Assembly: GCA_963782915.1 (NCBI GenBank)
Contig: CAWALK010000012.1
Coordinates: 96,001-160,000, forward strand
DNA: 64,000 bases
Reading direction: 5' to 3'
DNA from: an uncultured archaeon
GTDB lineage: Archaea > Thermoproteota > Bathyarchaeia > Bathyarchaeales > Bathycorpusculaceae
This document shows positions 30,323 through 40,415 of the stretch, in pieces. The translations under genes and the position numbers were made by a program. The notes beneath the pieces are model-generated. The model made no database searches and was not told where the DNA came from. It saw only the letters and a program-made list of their open reading frames with translations. How positions within the stretch are numbered: the first letter of the stretch is position 1; each line of letters opens with the position of its first letter.

Positions 30323-30616
30323 CTATTCAGTGTTCTCTACAGGTTGAGCTTCAGCCGCTGTATTCAAAACCTGCTCAATCAGGTATTCACTGAGGTCAGT
30401 GACGCATTGACCGAAGTTTTTGGCGTGTTTAGTCAAGCGGCAATTAAAAACATGCAGTTCTATGGCTTTTCCCATGGCTGATGCATCTGGGATAACTAAA
30501 ATTTCGGTTCCGCATCGGCAATGGATAACTGGTAGAGTCTGGGTTTTGGTGTCATGGCTCGGTGGGTTATGCGTTTTGTGGTTTGGTTCTTTAAAATTTT
30601 GTTCTACTTCAACCAA
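30323..30616 (-). CDS. Small putative metal-binding protein (CxC..H..C), paralog A
   Basis: LPVIHCRCGTEILVIPDASAMGKAIELHVFNC; paralog immediately upstream. Confidence 0.75.
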   Translation of the reverse strand: MVEVEQNFKEPNHKTHNPPSHDTKTQTLPVIHCRCGTEILVIPDASAMGKAIELHVFNCRLTKHAKNFGQCVTDLSEYLIEQVLNTAAEAQPVENTE

Positions 30617-30725
30617 GCTCCTACTAGACTAGTCGCTTAATGCTTGATTGGATATACGGTTTTGTTGTAGGTGCATGGCAGCAACAATGCTATATTAATG
30701 GGTGCAAGAAATTGATGGTTTCTTT

Positions 30726-30968
30726 CTAAAGTTCAGTTTCGGCACTGAAATCTAGAACTTGCCTAATTAAAAACTCACTCAAACTCGCGATGCATTTTGT
30801 AACGTTTTTTGAGTGTTTAGTTATGCGGCAGCCTTCAACATGGGCATCTATAGCTTTACCCATAGCTTTAGCGTCAGGAAGAACAAGAATTTCAGCTCCA
30901 CACCTGCAATGGATAACTGGCAAACTCGAGGACTCAACAACAAATTGATACGGGTCTTGAGTTACCAT
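30726..30968 (-). CDS. Small putative metal-binding protein (CxC..H..C), paralog B
   Basis: LPVIHCRCGAEILVLPDAKAMGKAIDAHVEGC. The protein sequence is conserved with paralog A while synonymous codons differ. Confidence 0.75.
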   Translation of the reverse strand: MVTQDPYQFVVESSSLPVIHCRCGAEILVLPDAKAMGKAIDAHVEGCRITKHSKNVTKCIASLSEFLIRQVLDFSAETEL

Positions 30969-31133
30969 TTTAGAATGACTTTTAATTCAATCACGCTCCT
31001 TAACAAGGACGTTGCTTTCTTGAATATTAATATAGGGTATGACTGCTCAGTATGATAAGTCTGTACAACAGTACCACTATTTAGAAAGGTGTAAAGGTCC
31101 TCTCAAACGGCAAGTATGCAAGCCGCTAAATGT

Positions 31134-31754
31134 TTAACGCTTCACTGTCTTCATGAAATCTTCTGCGACTTCAAAATCCTTCGTCGTATTCACGTTTAAT
31201 ACAACTTGGGTTTCCTCGGTGATTATCGCTGCTGTCTCAATCTTGCCCTCACCCAAAACTTTGGCGCCATTAATAACGTTCACACCTGAAACCGCGTACC
31301 AGACACCCTTATACTCATCCGTGGAGGAAATGGATAAGCCTAAATCTTGTCTGGTCTTAATCGGTACAAACACCGCCAAAAAATCTTTTCCGCAAACCTC
31401 AAACTCGCCAACTACCCGATCCAAAATCGGACCTGTAATGGCGGGAACATCAGATGGCATCGTTAAAACTGGACCCATCCAACCCAATTTAGTAATCGCC
31501 TGCTTCAAATCGTCATGGTAACCTTTAGCGTCTGTACGCACAAAATTCCAACCCATGCTTCTGCAATGCTCTTCCGTTTTGGGTGTATTGGAGCTGGTGA
31601 TGACGTAGAATTCGCTGACTTTTTTGGCGTTCAACACGGCTTCTGCTACCCAATCCAGCAGGGGCTTCCCTAGAAACGGCAACATCGGCTTCTCGGTGGG
31701 CAAACCCATTCGGCTGCCTCTGCCGCCAGCCATAATCAAAGCGGGAACCATCAT
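31134..31754 (-). CDS. cobY: CobY-like NTP transferase (GTP:adenosylcobinamide-phosphate guanylyltransferase), copy 1
   Basis: ALIMAGGRGSRM..EKP, GYHDDL, SDVP, GVNV, NVNT..D. Coupled to cobS. Confidence 0.8.
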   Translation of the reverse strand: MMVPALIMAGGRGSRMGLPTEKPMLPFLGKPLLDWVAEAVLNAKKVSEFYVITSSNTPKTEEHCRSMGWNFVRTDAKGYHDDLKQAITKLGWMGPVLTMPSDVPAITGPILDRVVGEFEVCGKDFLAVFVPIKTRQDLGLSISSTDEYKGVWYAVSGVNVINGAKVLGEGKIETAAIITEETQVVLNVNTTKDFEVAEDFMKTVKR

Positions 31755-32603
31755 AGCGCCATCACCATCAACACCACTGCAAACAGGATTAGTGCAACAG
31801 CTCTTGCAACTTCGTTGGTTGCCCCAATCATATCTCCGCTAACTCCACCGAACACTTTGTTTGAGACATTATTCATCACAAACGCCACTGGAATACTAAC
31901 AAACACCAAAGCTACTGCAACCAGAGCCAAGAGTGGGGAAGCAGTGAAATAAACCACTGGGAAAACAATCAACGCAGAAAGCACATACGCCACATAATTT
32001 AGCTTCTTTTTGGCTTTCGCGAGGAAAATTGAGTCCAAGCCCCTTATGCGAAGGCTTGCCAACCCAAACAATCGTTACCATCGCCAACTTTGCCGAAACC
32101 TCCGCTACAAACACTGCTAAAAACGCAAACAGCGGATTAAATGAGCCACGAACAACCCAGAATAAACCATAAAACGCTAAACCCTCAACAGCCAACGCCA
32201 AAACTGCGCCGCCATAAGTTACTGTCCATTCGTGAGCCTTCATTTTGCGGTCATGTAGGTTGCGGATGCCGATTGCGTTGCCAAGGTCGATTAATCCGTC
32301 GAAATGCTGCAATCCAGTCATGACCAGCAGGAAAGCCACGGTCATCGCCGCTGGAATCAAAGCGCCTAAAACCGCAGTTGGCAAAGCAATGTAAACGTTG
32401 ACTAAACCCAGCAGGAAACCGACAATTGCGCTGGAAGCAACGAAGTACAGTCCTGCCAGCAACCCAATTAAGCCTCCGATTATTGGGAAAAGATACATGT
32501 TAGAGGCGGTTGTGAAGATGAAGTCTTCTTTTCCTCCAACTGGGATTATGGTTAGGAAAGACAGCAAATCCTTGAAAACTTTTATAGCTTTCATCGCCGA
32601 CAT
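31751..32603 (-). CDS. cobS: CobS-like cobamide synthase, divergent copy 1; frameshift near 32033
   Basis: SFLTIIP, FPIIG and GLQHFDGLID in ORF 31896..32714. FGGVSGDMIGATNE in ORF 31751..32071. Confidence 0.8.
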
Positions 32604-32660
32604 ATACCTACCAACTTGCCTGTATATAATATAGGCTTTATCGTCTTTGGGGGATGCAAA

Positions 32661-33587
32661 ATGGAAGGGAAAAAGATACTGGTTACTGGCGGCGCAGGCT
32701 TCATAGGCTATCACCTGTGCACGAAACTGTCAAAATTAACAGATAACTTGACTATTTATGATGATTTATCCAGCGGCAAAATGGAAAACGTCAAAGATGT
32801 ACCATCCGCCAAATTCGTCAAAGGCGACATCTTAGACCAAAAAAACCTCATGGCTCTACCCAAACAGGACTTAATCTATCACCTAGCCGCCCAAGTCGTT
32901 GTGCCATATTCGATGGAGAATCCCCTTATCGACTTTGAAACCAACGCCAAAGGCACAGTATGCGTTCTGGAGAAAGCACGTAAAGACGACGCAAAATTGG
33001 TGTTCGCCTCAAGCGCAGCAGTCTACGGCAACCCCACCCAACTACCAACCACCGAAGACTATGGTTTCCACCCATTCTCATGTTACGGATTATCCAAAGT
33101 TGTCGGCGAAGAATACTGCCAAATGTACCGTGAACAATACGGCCTAGACATAGTCGTTACACGCTTCGCCAACGTCTATGGCTTAAGATGCCATGGCGTC
33201 ATCCATGACTTCCTAGATAAACTAGCCAAAAACCCCGATAAACTAGAAATTATCGGCACAGGGCAACAATCAAGAGACTTAGTCCACGTTTCCGATGTGA
33301 CGGATTTGCTGGTTACCGTGGGTCAACTGGATAAAGCCAACGGCGAAACATACAACGTCGGCTATGGCACAACCATAAAAATAATTGATTTAGCAAAAAT
33401 GATGCTCCAAATCCTTGGCTTGCAGAAACGAACAGTTGTTACTACAACAGGTGTTTCTTGGCAAGGTGACATCAACACCATCTGGTTTAACAACCAAAAA
33501 GCCCGCAAGGAACTGGGCTGGAACCCCAAAGTTACGCTTGAAGAGAGCATTAAGGAAGTCATCGCTGACAGGAAAATAAAAATATGA
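32661..33587 (+). CDS. NAD-dependent NDP-sugar epimerase/dehydratase
   Basis: VTGGAGFIG, HLAA, SSAAVYG, YGLSK. Confidence 0.93.
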   Translation: MEGKKILVTGGAGFIGYHLCTKLSKLTDNLTIYDDLSSGKMENVKDVPSAKFVKGDILDQKNLMALPKQDLIYHLAAQVVVPYSMENPLIDFETNAKGTVCVLEKARKDDAKLVFASSAAVYGNPTQLPTTEDYGFHPFSCYGLSKVVGEEYCQMYREQYGLDIVVTRFANVYGLRCHGVIHDFLDKLAKNPDKLEIIGTGQQSRDLVHVSDVTDLLVTVGQLDKANGETYNVGYGTTIKIIDLAKMMLQILGLQKRTVVTTTGVSWQGDINTIWFNNQKARKELGWNPKVTLEESIKEVIADRKIKI

Positions 33588-34468
33588 ATGCTTCCTCGCC
33601 CGCACGAGGATTAATTGCACTCTTAAGGCTTCCATATTGGCTCATGACAGGCGGCTTATCGCTATTAACAGCGTTCGCCATCCAAAAAGACCCATTGAGC
33701 ATGAGCATACAAACCGCTTTACTGATTTTCTTCTCTATGGCATTCATCACTTCAGCGGGGTTCGCCATAAACGATTATTTTGACCGCGAAAGCGACGCAG
33801 TAATCAAACCCAAACGCCCAATCCCAGCAGGCGCATTATCACTCAAACAAGTCATAGCCGTTTCTGGTGTGCTCTTTGCTGTTGGTTTGGTGATGTCTGC
33901 TTTCATTAACTGGCTTAGCTTCGCAATCATCGCCGCTGATTCAGTGGTGCTTCTGCTATACTCATTTTTAGTTAAACGGAAATCAGGTTTCGTTGCTAAC
34001 GTTGTCGTGGGCATACTAACAGGAACAGCTTTTCTGTATGGACAAGCCACAGTCAGTGTACCACCCACAATAAGCTTGATTTCTCTAAGTCTATACCCGA
34101 TTGCGTTTGGCACCATCGGCGGCAACGTCCTACGTGACATCCTCAGTGTAGAAGGCGACTCAAAAGTTGGGTATCCAACGTTGCCCCAAAAAATCGGCAA
34201 CTACAACGCAGCCAAAGTTGGCGCAGTCTTTTTCCTTTTAACTGGGTTGCTTGCTCCATTGCCGTTTTTCATCGGTGACTTCACCGTTTACTATTTGCCC
34301 TTGATTCTCCTCTGGAGCGTACTGCTAATTTACTCATCTATATGTTTGATAACTTCAGGCACAACGGTGCAGAACATACGTAAATATGAGCGCATCGTAA
34401 CCATGTCCATGATGCTGCTACCCTTAGCGTTGATAGTGGAAGCAATCGTTGGAGGCTTAATCCTTTGA
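33584..34468 (+). CDS. UbiA-family prenyltransferase, digeranylgeranylglyceryl-phosphate synthase-like
   Basis: INDYFDRESD..KPKRPIPAG and RDILSVEGD...TLP; multi-TM. Confidence 0.85.
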   Translation: MNASSPARGLIALLRLPYWLMTGGLSLLTAFAIQKDPLSMSIQTALLIFFSMAFITSAGFAINDYFDRESDAVIKPKRPIPAGALSLKQVIAVSGVLFAVGLVMSAFINWLSFAIIAADSVVLLLYSFLVKRKSGFVANVVVGILTGTAFLYGQATVSVPPTISLISLSLYPIAFGTIGGNVLRDILSVEGDSKVGYPTLPQKIGNYNAAKVGAVFFLLTGLLAPLPFFIGDFTVYYLPLILLWSVLLIYSSICLITSGTTVQNIRKYERIVTMSMMLLPLALIVEAIVGGLIL

Positions 34469-35937
34469 GTGAAACCAAAAGCATCTGTCCCGAATGCCAG
34501 AAAAAAATAGACGCCCAACTAGCCAACCAAAATGGCAAAATCCAAATTACCAAACAATGCCCCGAACACGGCGAATTCAAAGCCACACATTGGCAAAGCC
34601 AACCCATCTTTGACCACATGAAAAAGTACGATCAATTCCAGTACCTCGGCGACTTAAACGCACCAAAAAACCCAGAAGGTTGCCCATACGTCTGTGAAAC
34701 CTGCCATAATCATGCGTCAGGAACAGTCATCGGAGTAATCGACGTAACAAAGCGCTGTAACTTCCGCTGTGCAGTATGCTTCTCAACTTTCCCAAATCAA
34801 GAATCCACCGATTACGAACCCACCAAAGAAGCACTCATAGATATGCTAGAGTTCGCGGCGAAAGCTAACCCTAAACCGCCAGCAATCTTGTTCAGCGGCG
34901 GTGAACCGCTTGAACGGGAAGACATGCCTGAAATCATCGCTGCCGCACATCGCCTAAAGTTCATGACGATTTTAGCGACCAACGGCACTCACTTGATTAC
35001 TGATGAAGGTTTAGCTAAGCGGCTAAAAGATAACGGTTTAAACATTGTTTACTTGTCGTTTGATAGTTTCCATGAAGAGTTCAACAAGAAGATTCGTGGG
35101 CGTCCTTTGGTGGATATGAAGCTTAAGGCTCTTGATGTTTGCCGCAAGCACGACATGGAAGTCATCTTGGTTAATACTCTGATGAAGAGCCTTAACGATG
35201 AGGAAGTCGGTGACATGATTCGGTTCGCCGCTAAAAACACCGATATCGTCAGAGGCTTAATTTTCCAGCCCATAGCTTTCACAGGGCGGGCAACAGAGAA
35301 TCCTTTCCGCGAGAACTTCCGTGAATGGAGCTTCGCCGAAGACGTCGAACGGCAAACTAATGGCGAAATCAAAAGCACAGACCTCTACCCAATGTCGGTT
35401 ATGACTTCGCCGATTAAAATCATGCGCCAATTCATGCAGAAACCTTGGCCACTATTCAGCTGCAGCCCACAATGCGGTATCGTGAACTGGGTTTATGTTT
35501 CGCCCCATACGGGCAAAATGTATCCGATTAACCGCTTCGTAAACTTCGACCGCTTCTTCAACAGTATCCGCAAAACCGCTGAACATGCAGAATCTAAAAA
35601 CAAAATCCAACTGCTGGCTCCACTGTTCATGGGCGCAATGATTTCAATGAACATGCTGCTGGTAACCAGAGAAGTCGGCACCTTCACCTTGATGAAGAGC
35701 ATCCTGTCAATGCATATGGACCCAACATACAAGTCACTGGGCAAAATCCGCAGACGCATCTTCCTATTGGGCTGCATGGCGTTTATGGACAGCTACAACT
35801 TCGACGTTAATCGCGTTCGCAGATGCGTTGTCCACTACATCACACCAGACAAGAAGATTATTCCATTCTGCGCCTACAACAACGTGCATAGAGTGGCGAT
35901 TGAGAAGGATTATGCAACTAGGCAAAAGAAAGCCTAA
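34465..35937 (+). CDS. tes: Tetraether lipid synthase (Tes/GDGT-MAS, MJ0619 family) radical SAM enzyme
   Basis: N-terminal TKSICPEC..CPEHG; CPYVCETCHNH; IDVTKRCNFRCAVC; FQPI..TGR; CSPQCG; MAFMD.YNFD..RVRRCVVHY.TPD..IIPFCAYN. Confidence 0.82.
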   Translation: MSETKSICPECQKKIDAQLANQNGKIQITKQCPEHGEFKATHWQSQPIFDHMKKYDQFQYLGDLNAPKNPEGCPYVCETCHNHASGTVIGVIDVTKRCNFRCAVCFSTFPNQESTDYEPTKEALIDMLEFAAKANPKPPAILFSGGEPLEREDMPEIIAAAHRLKFMTILATNGTHLITDEGLAKRLKDNGLNIVYLSFDSFHEEFNKKIRGRPLVDMKLKALDVCRKHDMEVILVNTLMKSLNDEEVGDMIRFAAKNTDIVRGLIFQPIAFTGRATENPFRENFREWSFAEDVERQTNGEIKSTDLYPMSVMTSPIKIMRQFMQKPWPLFSCSPQCGIVNWVYVSPHTGKMYPINRFVNFDRFFNSIRKTAEHAESKNKIQLLAPLFMGAMISMNMLLVTREVGTFTLMKSILSMHMDPTYKSLGKIRRRIFLLGCMAFMDSYNFDVNRVRRCVVHYITPDKKIIPFCAYNNVHRVAIEKDYATRQKKA

Positions 35938-36027
35938 GCTCTTTTCGTTTTTCTCTTCTATTTCCAACTTTTTACCTTTTCAGGAGTAGATAGTTTGGTT
36001 CTTAAGTGTACTACCTACCTCAAGTGT

Positions 36028-36104
36028 ATACCCCCTCCCCTCTTCTTCAAAGAGTATAGCAGAAGAGGTTTGTTGCTCTCCAGAGACTCCCCTCCCCCTA
36101 TTTG
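36028..36104 (-). repeat. Tandem G-box units F1 (partial) and F2
   Basis: ATACCCCCTCCCC ... GTTTGTTGCTCTCCAGAGACTCCCCTCCCCCTATTTG, between convergent genes. Confidence 0.75.
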
Positions 36105-36114
36105 AAGGGTAAAA

Positions 36115-36615
36115 TTAGTTTATGACTTTAATGTTAAGCACGCAGTAATCCTGCGTAAACACGTAAGCAGAGCCGTCGCGTTGCCAGAGTTCAAAGACGA
36201 CAGTGTAGGTTCCGACAGTGTTCTCTGTTATGGTAACTGACTTCTCGTATGTATCGCCGTTTTTCAGGTTGAAGTCATAGGTGTTGACTGGAGCAACTGC
36301 AACTCCTTCATTTGGGGTTACGATAAAGCTTGTTGTAATCTTGGTTCTTACTTGATAGCCTTGGGTTCCGTTCATATGGCTTGTTACATCAACGTAGACA
36401 CTAAAGGTGCTGTTCTGGTTGGCAACCAAGACTTCTGGAAAATTGTTAGCTTGCTTTTGATTATCAAGCAAATAAATAGTATTATATTCTTCCGCTGGAG
36501 GTCTCAACCAAACATAGTAACCTGCAAAAACGCATCCCACAACGACTAAGGCAATAAAAACGGCAACTGCAACGCCTTTCTCATCGTCTAAGCCGATTCT
36601 TCTTCCAATGCCCAT
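36115..36615 (-). CDS. Membrane-anchored DUF1616-like protein
   Basis: N-terminal TM, EEYNTIYLL...ANNFP, beta-rich C-terminus. This family is typical of archaeal glycosylation loci. Confidence 0.65.
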   Translation of the reverse strand: MGIGRRIGLDDEKGVAVAVFIALVVVGCVFAGYYVWLRPPAEEYNTIYLLDNQKQANNFPEVLVANQNSTFSVYVDVTSHMNGTQGYQVRTKITTSFIVTPNEGVAVAPVNTYDFNLKNGDTYEKSVTITENTVGTYTVVFELWQRDGSAYVFTQDYCVLNIKVIN

Positions 36616-37318
36616 AACAGACCCTAAACGTTTTCGCATCCAAGAATCCCCTAAATAATGTGCTAAATATCTGAATCCCCGATTTAAATGGTTTAAGCTT
36701 CGTTTCCCCATAAGTACGAGGCTTATACGTGGTTGGAATCTCAACCATATTGTAGCCTTCCCTGGCAAATTTGATAAGCATCTCAGTGGCAAACGCCATG
36801 TCAGTTTCCTTAAACTTTACACTGTCGTATTTGTCGCGAGAGATTGCGCGGAAACCCGATTGGGTGTCGCTTAAAAATTGGCTGTAGAAGAAGTCGTAAG
36901 TGTAAGTTATGACTTTGTTGCCTAGGAAGTTTAGGAAGCCCATGGCTTTGTTTGGGTCATACATGCGGGTGGCTAAAACCATGTCTGCATCTTTTTCGAG
37001 CAGGCGGTTCACGAGGCGGTCGATGTGTTTGAATTCATAGGTGCCGTCTGCGTCAACCATGATTAAGACATTGCCCTTCGCAGCTTTCATACCAGTTCTT
37101 AAGGCGACTCCATAGCCGCGCCTTGGTTCAATGATGAGCCTGCAGCGGTTTGTGTCTTTAACGATTTCGATGGTGCCATCAGTCGAGTTACTATCAACAA
37201 TAATAATTTCCTTTGGATAACTCGTGTACCTATCGATTGTGTTGATAGCTTCTAGTATGGTGCCAGCTTCGTTAAGCGTTGGAATGACAACTGAGACCAA
37301 TTCGACTTTTGACGTCAT
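36581..37318 (-). CDS. GT2 glycosyltransferase (DPM-synthase-like)
   Basis: SVVIPTLNE, STDGT, RGYG, DADGTY, DTQSGFRA. Confidence 0.92.
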   Translation of the reverse strand: MTSKVELVSVVIPTLNEAGTILEAINTIDRYTSYPKEIIIVDSNSTDGTIEIVKDTNRCRLIIEPRRGYGVALRTGMKAAKGNVLIMVDADGTYEFKHIDRLVNRLLEKDADMVLATRMYDPNKAMGFLNFLGNKVITYTYDFFYSQFLSDTQSGFRAISRDKYDSVKFKETDMAFATEMLIKFAREGYNMVEIPTTYKPRTYGETKLKPFKSGIQIFSTLFRGFLDAKTFRVCYGHWKKNRLRR

Positions 37319-37363
37319 CAGCTAACTTCCACTTCAAAGGGTTATATTGTTTCCGTCACGATG

Positions 37364-38530
37364 TTAAATAAGCTCTTCGTATATCTCCGCAAGCCTTTCA
37401 ACGTTTACATCCCAGCTAAACTGTGTTTCGACCATTGCTCTGAGTTCAGCTTTGCGTGGGCCAAAATCTATGTCTGCAAAATCAAAGATTGCCTGCGCGA
37501 GCAGTTCGGGTTGATTGGGCGGCACCAGTTTGCCGTATTGGTCGAGTAGGATTTCTTTTATGCCTCCAACATCGGTGGCTACTACTGGTAATCCGCATGC
37601 CATGGCTTCCATAGCAACCAACGGCAAACCCTCACCAGATTTAGAGGGCAACACAAACAAGTCCGCTGCATTATAGTATGATGGCAAATCTGCGTCACTA
37701 ACAAAGCCTGCGAGCTTAAAATTAGCGGCGATTCCCAACTGGGCAACCTGCAACCTCACATTTTCCATGTCTGGACCCTTGCCGACTACTAAGAACATGA
37801 TTTTGCGGTTCTTTTTGATGGCGATGTTTGCACAATCAAGCAATGTGTCGACGCCGTTCTTGTACACCAGCCGCCTAACAGTAAAAACAACGATGGCGTC
37901 GTGTGGGATGCCAAGTTTTTTGCGCATCTCTTCACGTTTTCCCGGAATCGTTTTAAAGCGTGCAATGTCAACGCCGTTGTAGACGACTTTTATTTTGCTC
38001 GGTTTAGCGCCTAATCTTAGGACGTAGTCTTTGGTGGCGCTGCTTATTGCTATGATCTTGTCTGCGGTTCTTAAGTTCTGTTTTCCCACAGACAAGTCGT
38101 TTACCAATTCAACTTGGTCGAAAATGTTGTTGTAATCGATGAAAGTGTTGTGTTGGGTGAGGACAAACGGTTTTTCATAGAATTTTGCCAGTTTTCCGGC
38201 TGCAAGAGAGGTTAGGTATGGGTGTCCGTGGGCGTGGATGATCTGGTTATTTTTGATTGATTTGGTAAAGGTTGGGAAACTGCCCACGGTCGGAATCGAG
38301 TATGGAATGCCTAATCGGAAGCCTGTGTTGAGGGATTCATAGCATTCAACAGGTACTCCATCAACCTTGTAGTGGCTGGGTGTGCCGATTCTGTTAGTTA
38401 CAACCATGGGCTGGTAGTTTTTGTGTTGCAGTCGCTTGCTCTGCTCGTTAACGACCTTTTCTATTCCGCCGACATGTGGCAGAAAAGTGTGGGTGACAAT
38501 GCAGAGGCGAGTTTTAGCCATGGAAGCCAA
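37364..38530 (-). CDS. GT4 glycosyltransferase
   Basis: PHVGG, YNGVD, RLVYKNG, EGLPLVAMEAMACGLPVV. Confidence 0.92.
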   Translation of the reverse strand: MASMAKTRLCIVTHTFLPHVGGIEKVVNEQSKRLQHKNYQPMVVTNRIGTPSHYKVDGVPVECYESLNTGFRLGIPYSIPTVGSFPTFTKSIKNNQIIHAHGHPYLTSLAAGKLAKFYEKPFVLTQHNTFIDYNNIFDQVELVNDLSVGKQNLRTADKIIAISSATKDYVLRLGAKPSKIKVVYNGVDIARFKTIPGKREEMRKKLGIPHDAIVVFTVRRLVYKNGVDTLLDCANIAIKKNRKIMFLVVGKGPDMENVRLQVAQLGIAANFKLAGFVSDADLPSYYNAADLFVLPSKSGEGLPLVAMEAMACGLPVVATDVGGIKEILLDQYGKLVPPNQPELLAQAIFDFADIDFGPRKAELRAMVETQFSWDVNVERLAEIYEELI

Positions 38531-38581
38531 CGACTTAACCGTCAGCCCACAGTGTATTAAAATTTACGGAAAAGAAAGAGT

Positions 38582-39064
38582 TTAGCAGGTTGTGCCTGTG
38601 GCTTTGAGGGCTTTGGTGTACATGTTGGATGAGGCACCTGCAACTAACGCGCCGATGGCGTCGTTGGTTAATGGTGGTAGCTCTTTTAGGATGCCGGGTT
38701 TGGCTTGGTCGAAGCGTACGAATTCGAACATGCCTTTGGAGCCGCCGATGTAAGTGGCGATGGCTATGCCGATGAGTTCATCCGCAACTAAGCCGGGTCT
38801 GCCCATAAAGCGTTCTATTGTTAAGCCTGGGATTCGGCCGTTTTGTGCTTCTTCTTGGGCGTGGAAGGCTGCGACGATGAGGGTTGAGACGTTTACGTCT
38901 GTTAGGATGTCGAGGAATTCTTCTTTGAGAAGTTCAGTGGCTTTTTGGGGGGTTTCGATGCCAGGGTGCGGTACGTACATTTCAAGGGCGCTGTCAATAA
39001 GACTTTGGAGTGAGATGCCTCTGGCTTCGAGGTAGGTTAATAGTGGCGGTATCTGGTCTTTCAT
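38582..39064 (-). CDS. cobZ: Alpha-ribazole phosphatase CobZ (PgpA-like archaeal type)
   Basis: DVNV..L, LVADELIG.AIA.YIGG.KG.FEF.RFD..KPGIL..LPP..DAIG. Confidence 0.8.
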   Translation of the reverse strand: MKDQIPPLLTYLEARGISLQSLIDSALEMYVPHPGIETPQKATELLKEEFLDILTDVNVSTLIVAAFHAQEEAQNGRIPGLTIERFMGRPGLVADELIGIAIATYIGGSKGMFEFVRFDQAKPGILKELPPLTNDAIGALVAGASSNMYTKALKATGTTC

Positions 39065-39216
39065 GGGGTTCAGCCTTAGCGTTATTTGGAGTTGTTTGTT
39101 TTAAGTGTTGTGAAGAGGTTCACCGTAATACTTAGCATTCAACATAGCCAACGCTGCCTTTTTGAAGCTATATTTTAAACTACAATTTTAAGCTAAACCG
39201 ATTGGTGAACAGGGTG

Positions 39217-39381
39217 CTAACTTGAAGCAGCTAGCTCTTCTCTCGTTGGATATTTAACGCGAGCCACCTTGAAAATGAGTGTACAATTCTCGCATCGATA
39301 GTATTTTAGCGAGAAGTATGGGTTTTCATTTTGCTGATCTAGCTTGGCATTCTCTTTTCGACATCTAGGACATTTGACCAT
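39217..39381 (-). CDS. Small zinc-ribbon protein
   Basis: MVKCPRC...YRCENC (two CxxC motifs), 54 aa. Confidence 0.6.
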   Translation of the reverse strand: MVKCPRCRKENAKLDQQNENPYFSLKYYRCENCTLIFKVARVKYPTREELAASS

Positions 39382-39733
39382 TTTGCTAAGCCTTTTCGAG
39401 AACTTTGACGTAATTGCTACGATAAAAGGATTTTGTGCATTATTGGAGGAATTTCCCTGTTGAGCCATTATTATTTTGCGGTTCATTTTTTGGACCCTAA
39501 GGAACTCGCCGTTTAGTTGCGTTAGCTGTGTGCTATTCCTAGGAATCGAAATGCTTATATGAAAACGTTGGATAAACCAACCAGCAGTCCGTGTGGTAAT
39601 TTGCTAAACATAAAGAAAAACTCGATTGTATCAGCCAAAGATTTAGCTTTAGTTGAGTGTTCTGGCTGTTTGGCAAGTAAAACCTTATTTTCCTGTTTAA
39701 CTGTTTCTAACCAACCAGGAGGAAAAAAACTAG

Positions 39734-40404
39734 ATGAAAGTTGTAGCTTCATGGAGCGGCGGCAAAGACAGCTGCTACGCATACTACCTTGCCAAAGCGC
39801 AAGGCCACCAAATCCTATCATTATTAACTATGATGATGAGCGAGGACAAATCAAACTTCCACATGATACCCTCAGGCATCCTCGACGCACAGGCAGAAGC
39901 CATGGGCGTGTCCACTTAATTAAAAAGACCACTTCAGCAGCCACCTATGAGGCTGACTTCAAAGCGGTACTATCCGAATGCAAAGCCAAAGGCGCAGAAG
40001 GATTAGTCACAGGCGACATCTACGAAGTCGCAGGCCACGAAGAAGGTTGGCTTGAGCGTGTATGCAAAGAAATCGGTTTAGTAACCGTCAAACCGCTTTG
40101 GATGGGAGACACCAAACAAATCTATCTTGATTACCTCAAAACCGGTTTCAAAGCAACCGTCGTACGCACCAACAAAACCCTCAGCTTAGACTGGCTCGGA
40201 CGCGTATTAGACCGCAAATTCTACGACGACATCTTGGCACTCGGCGACGTTGACCCATGTGGCGAAGGCGGCGAATACCACACCGTAATCACCGACGGAC
40301 CCAACTTCAAACAAAAAATCGAGTTCCTAGAAACCGAAAAGAAAAGATTAGAGAATGGCTTTGGATACTTAGATATCAAGAAATGGAAAGTAACTCCAAA
40401 ATAA
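39734..40404 (+). CDS. Diphthine-ammonia ligase family (PP-loop, DUF71) ATP-binding protein; frameshift near 39910
   Basis: SWSGGKDS in ORF 39734..39919. GDI, PLW and DPCGEGGEYHT in ORF 39559..40404. Confidence 0.85.
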
Positions 40405-40415
40405 GGTAGAATCCC

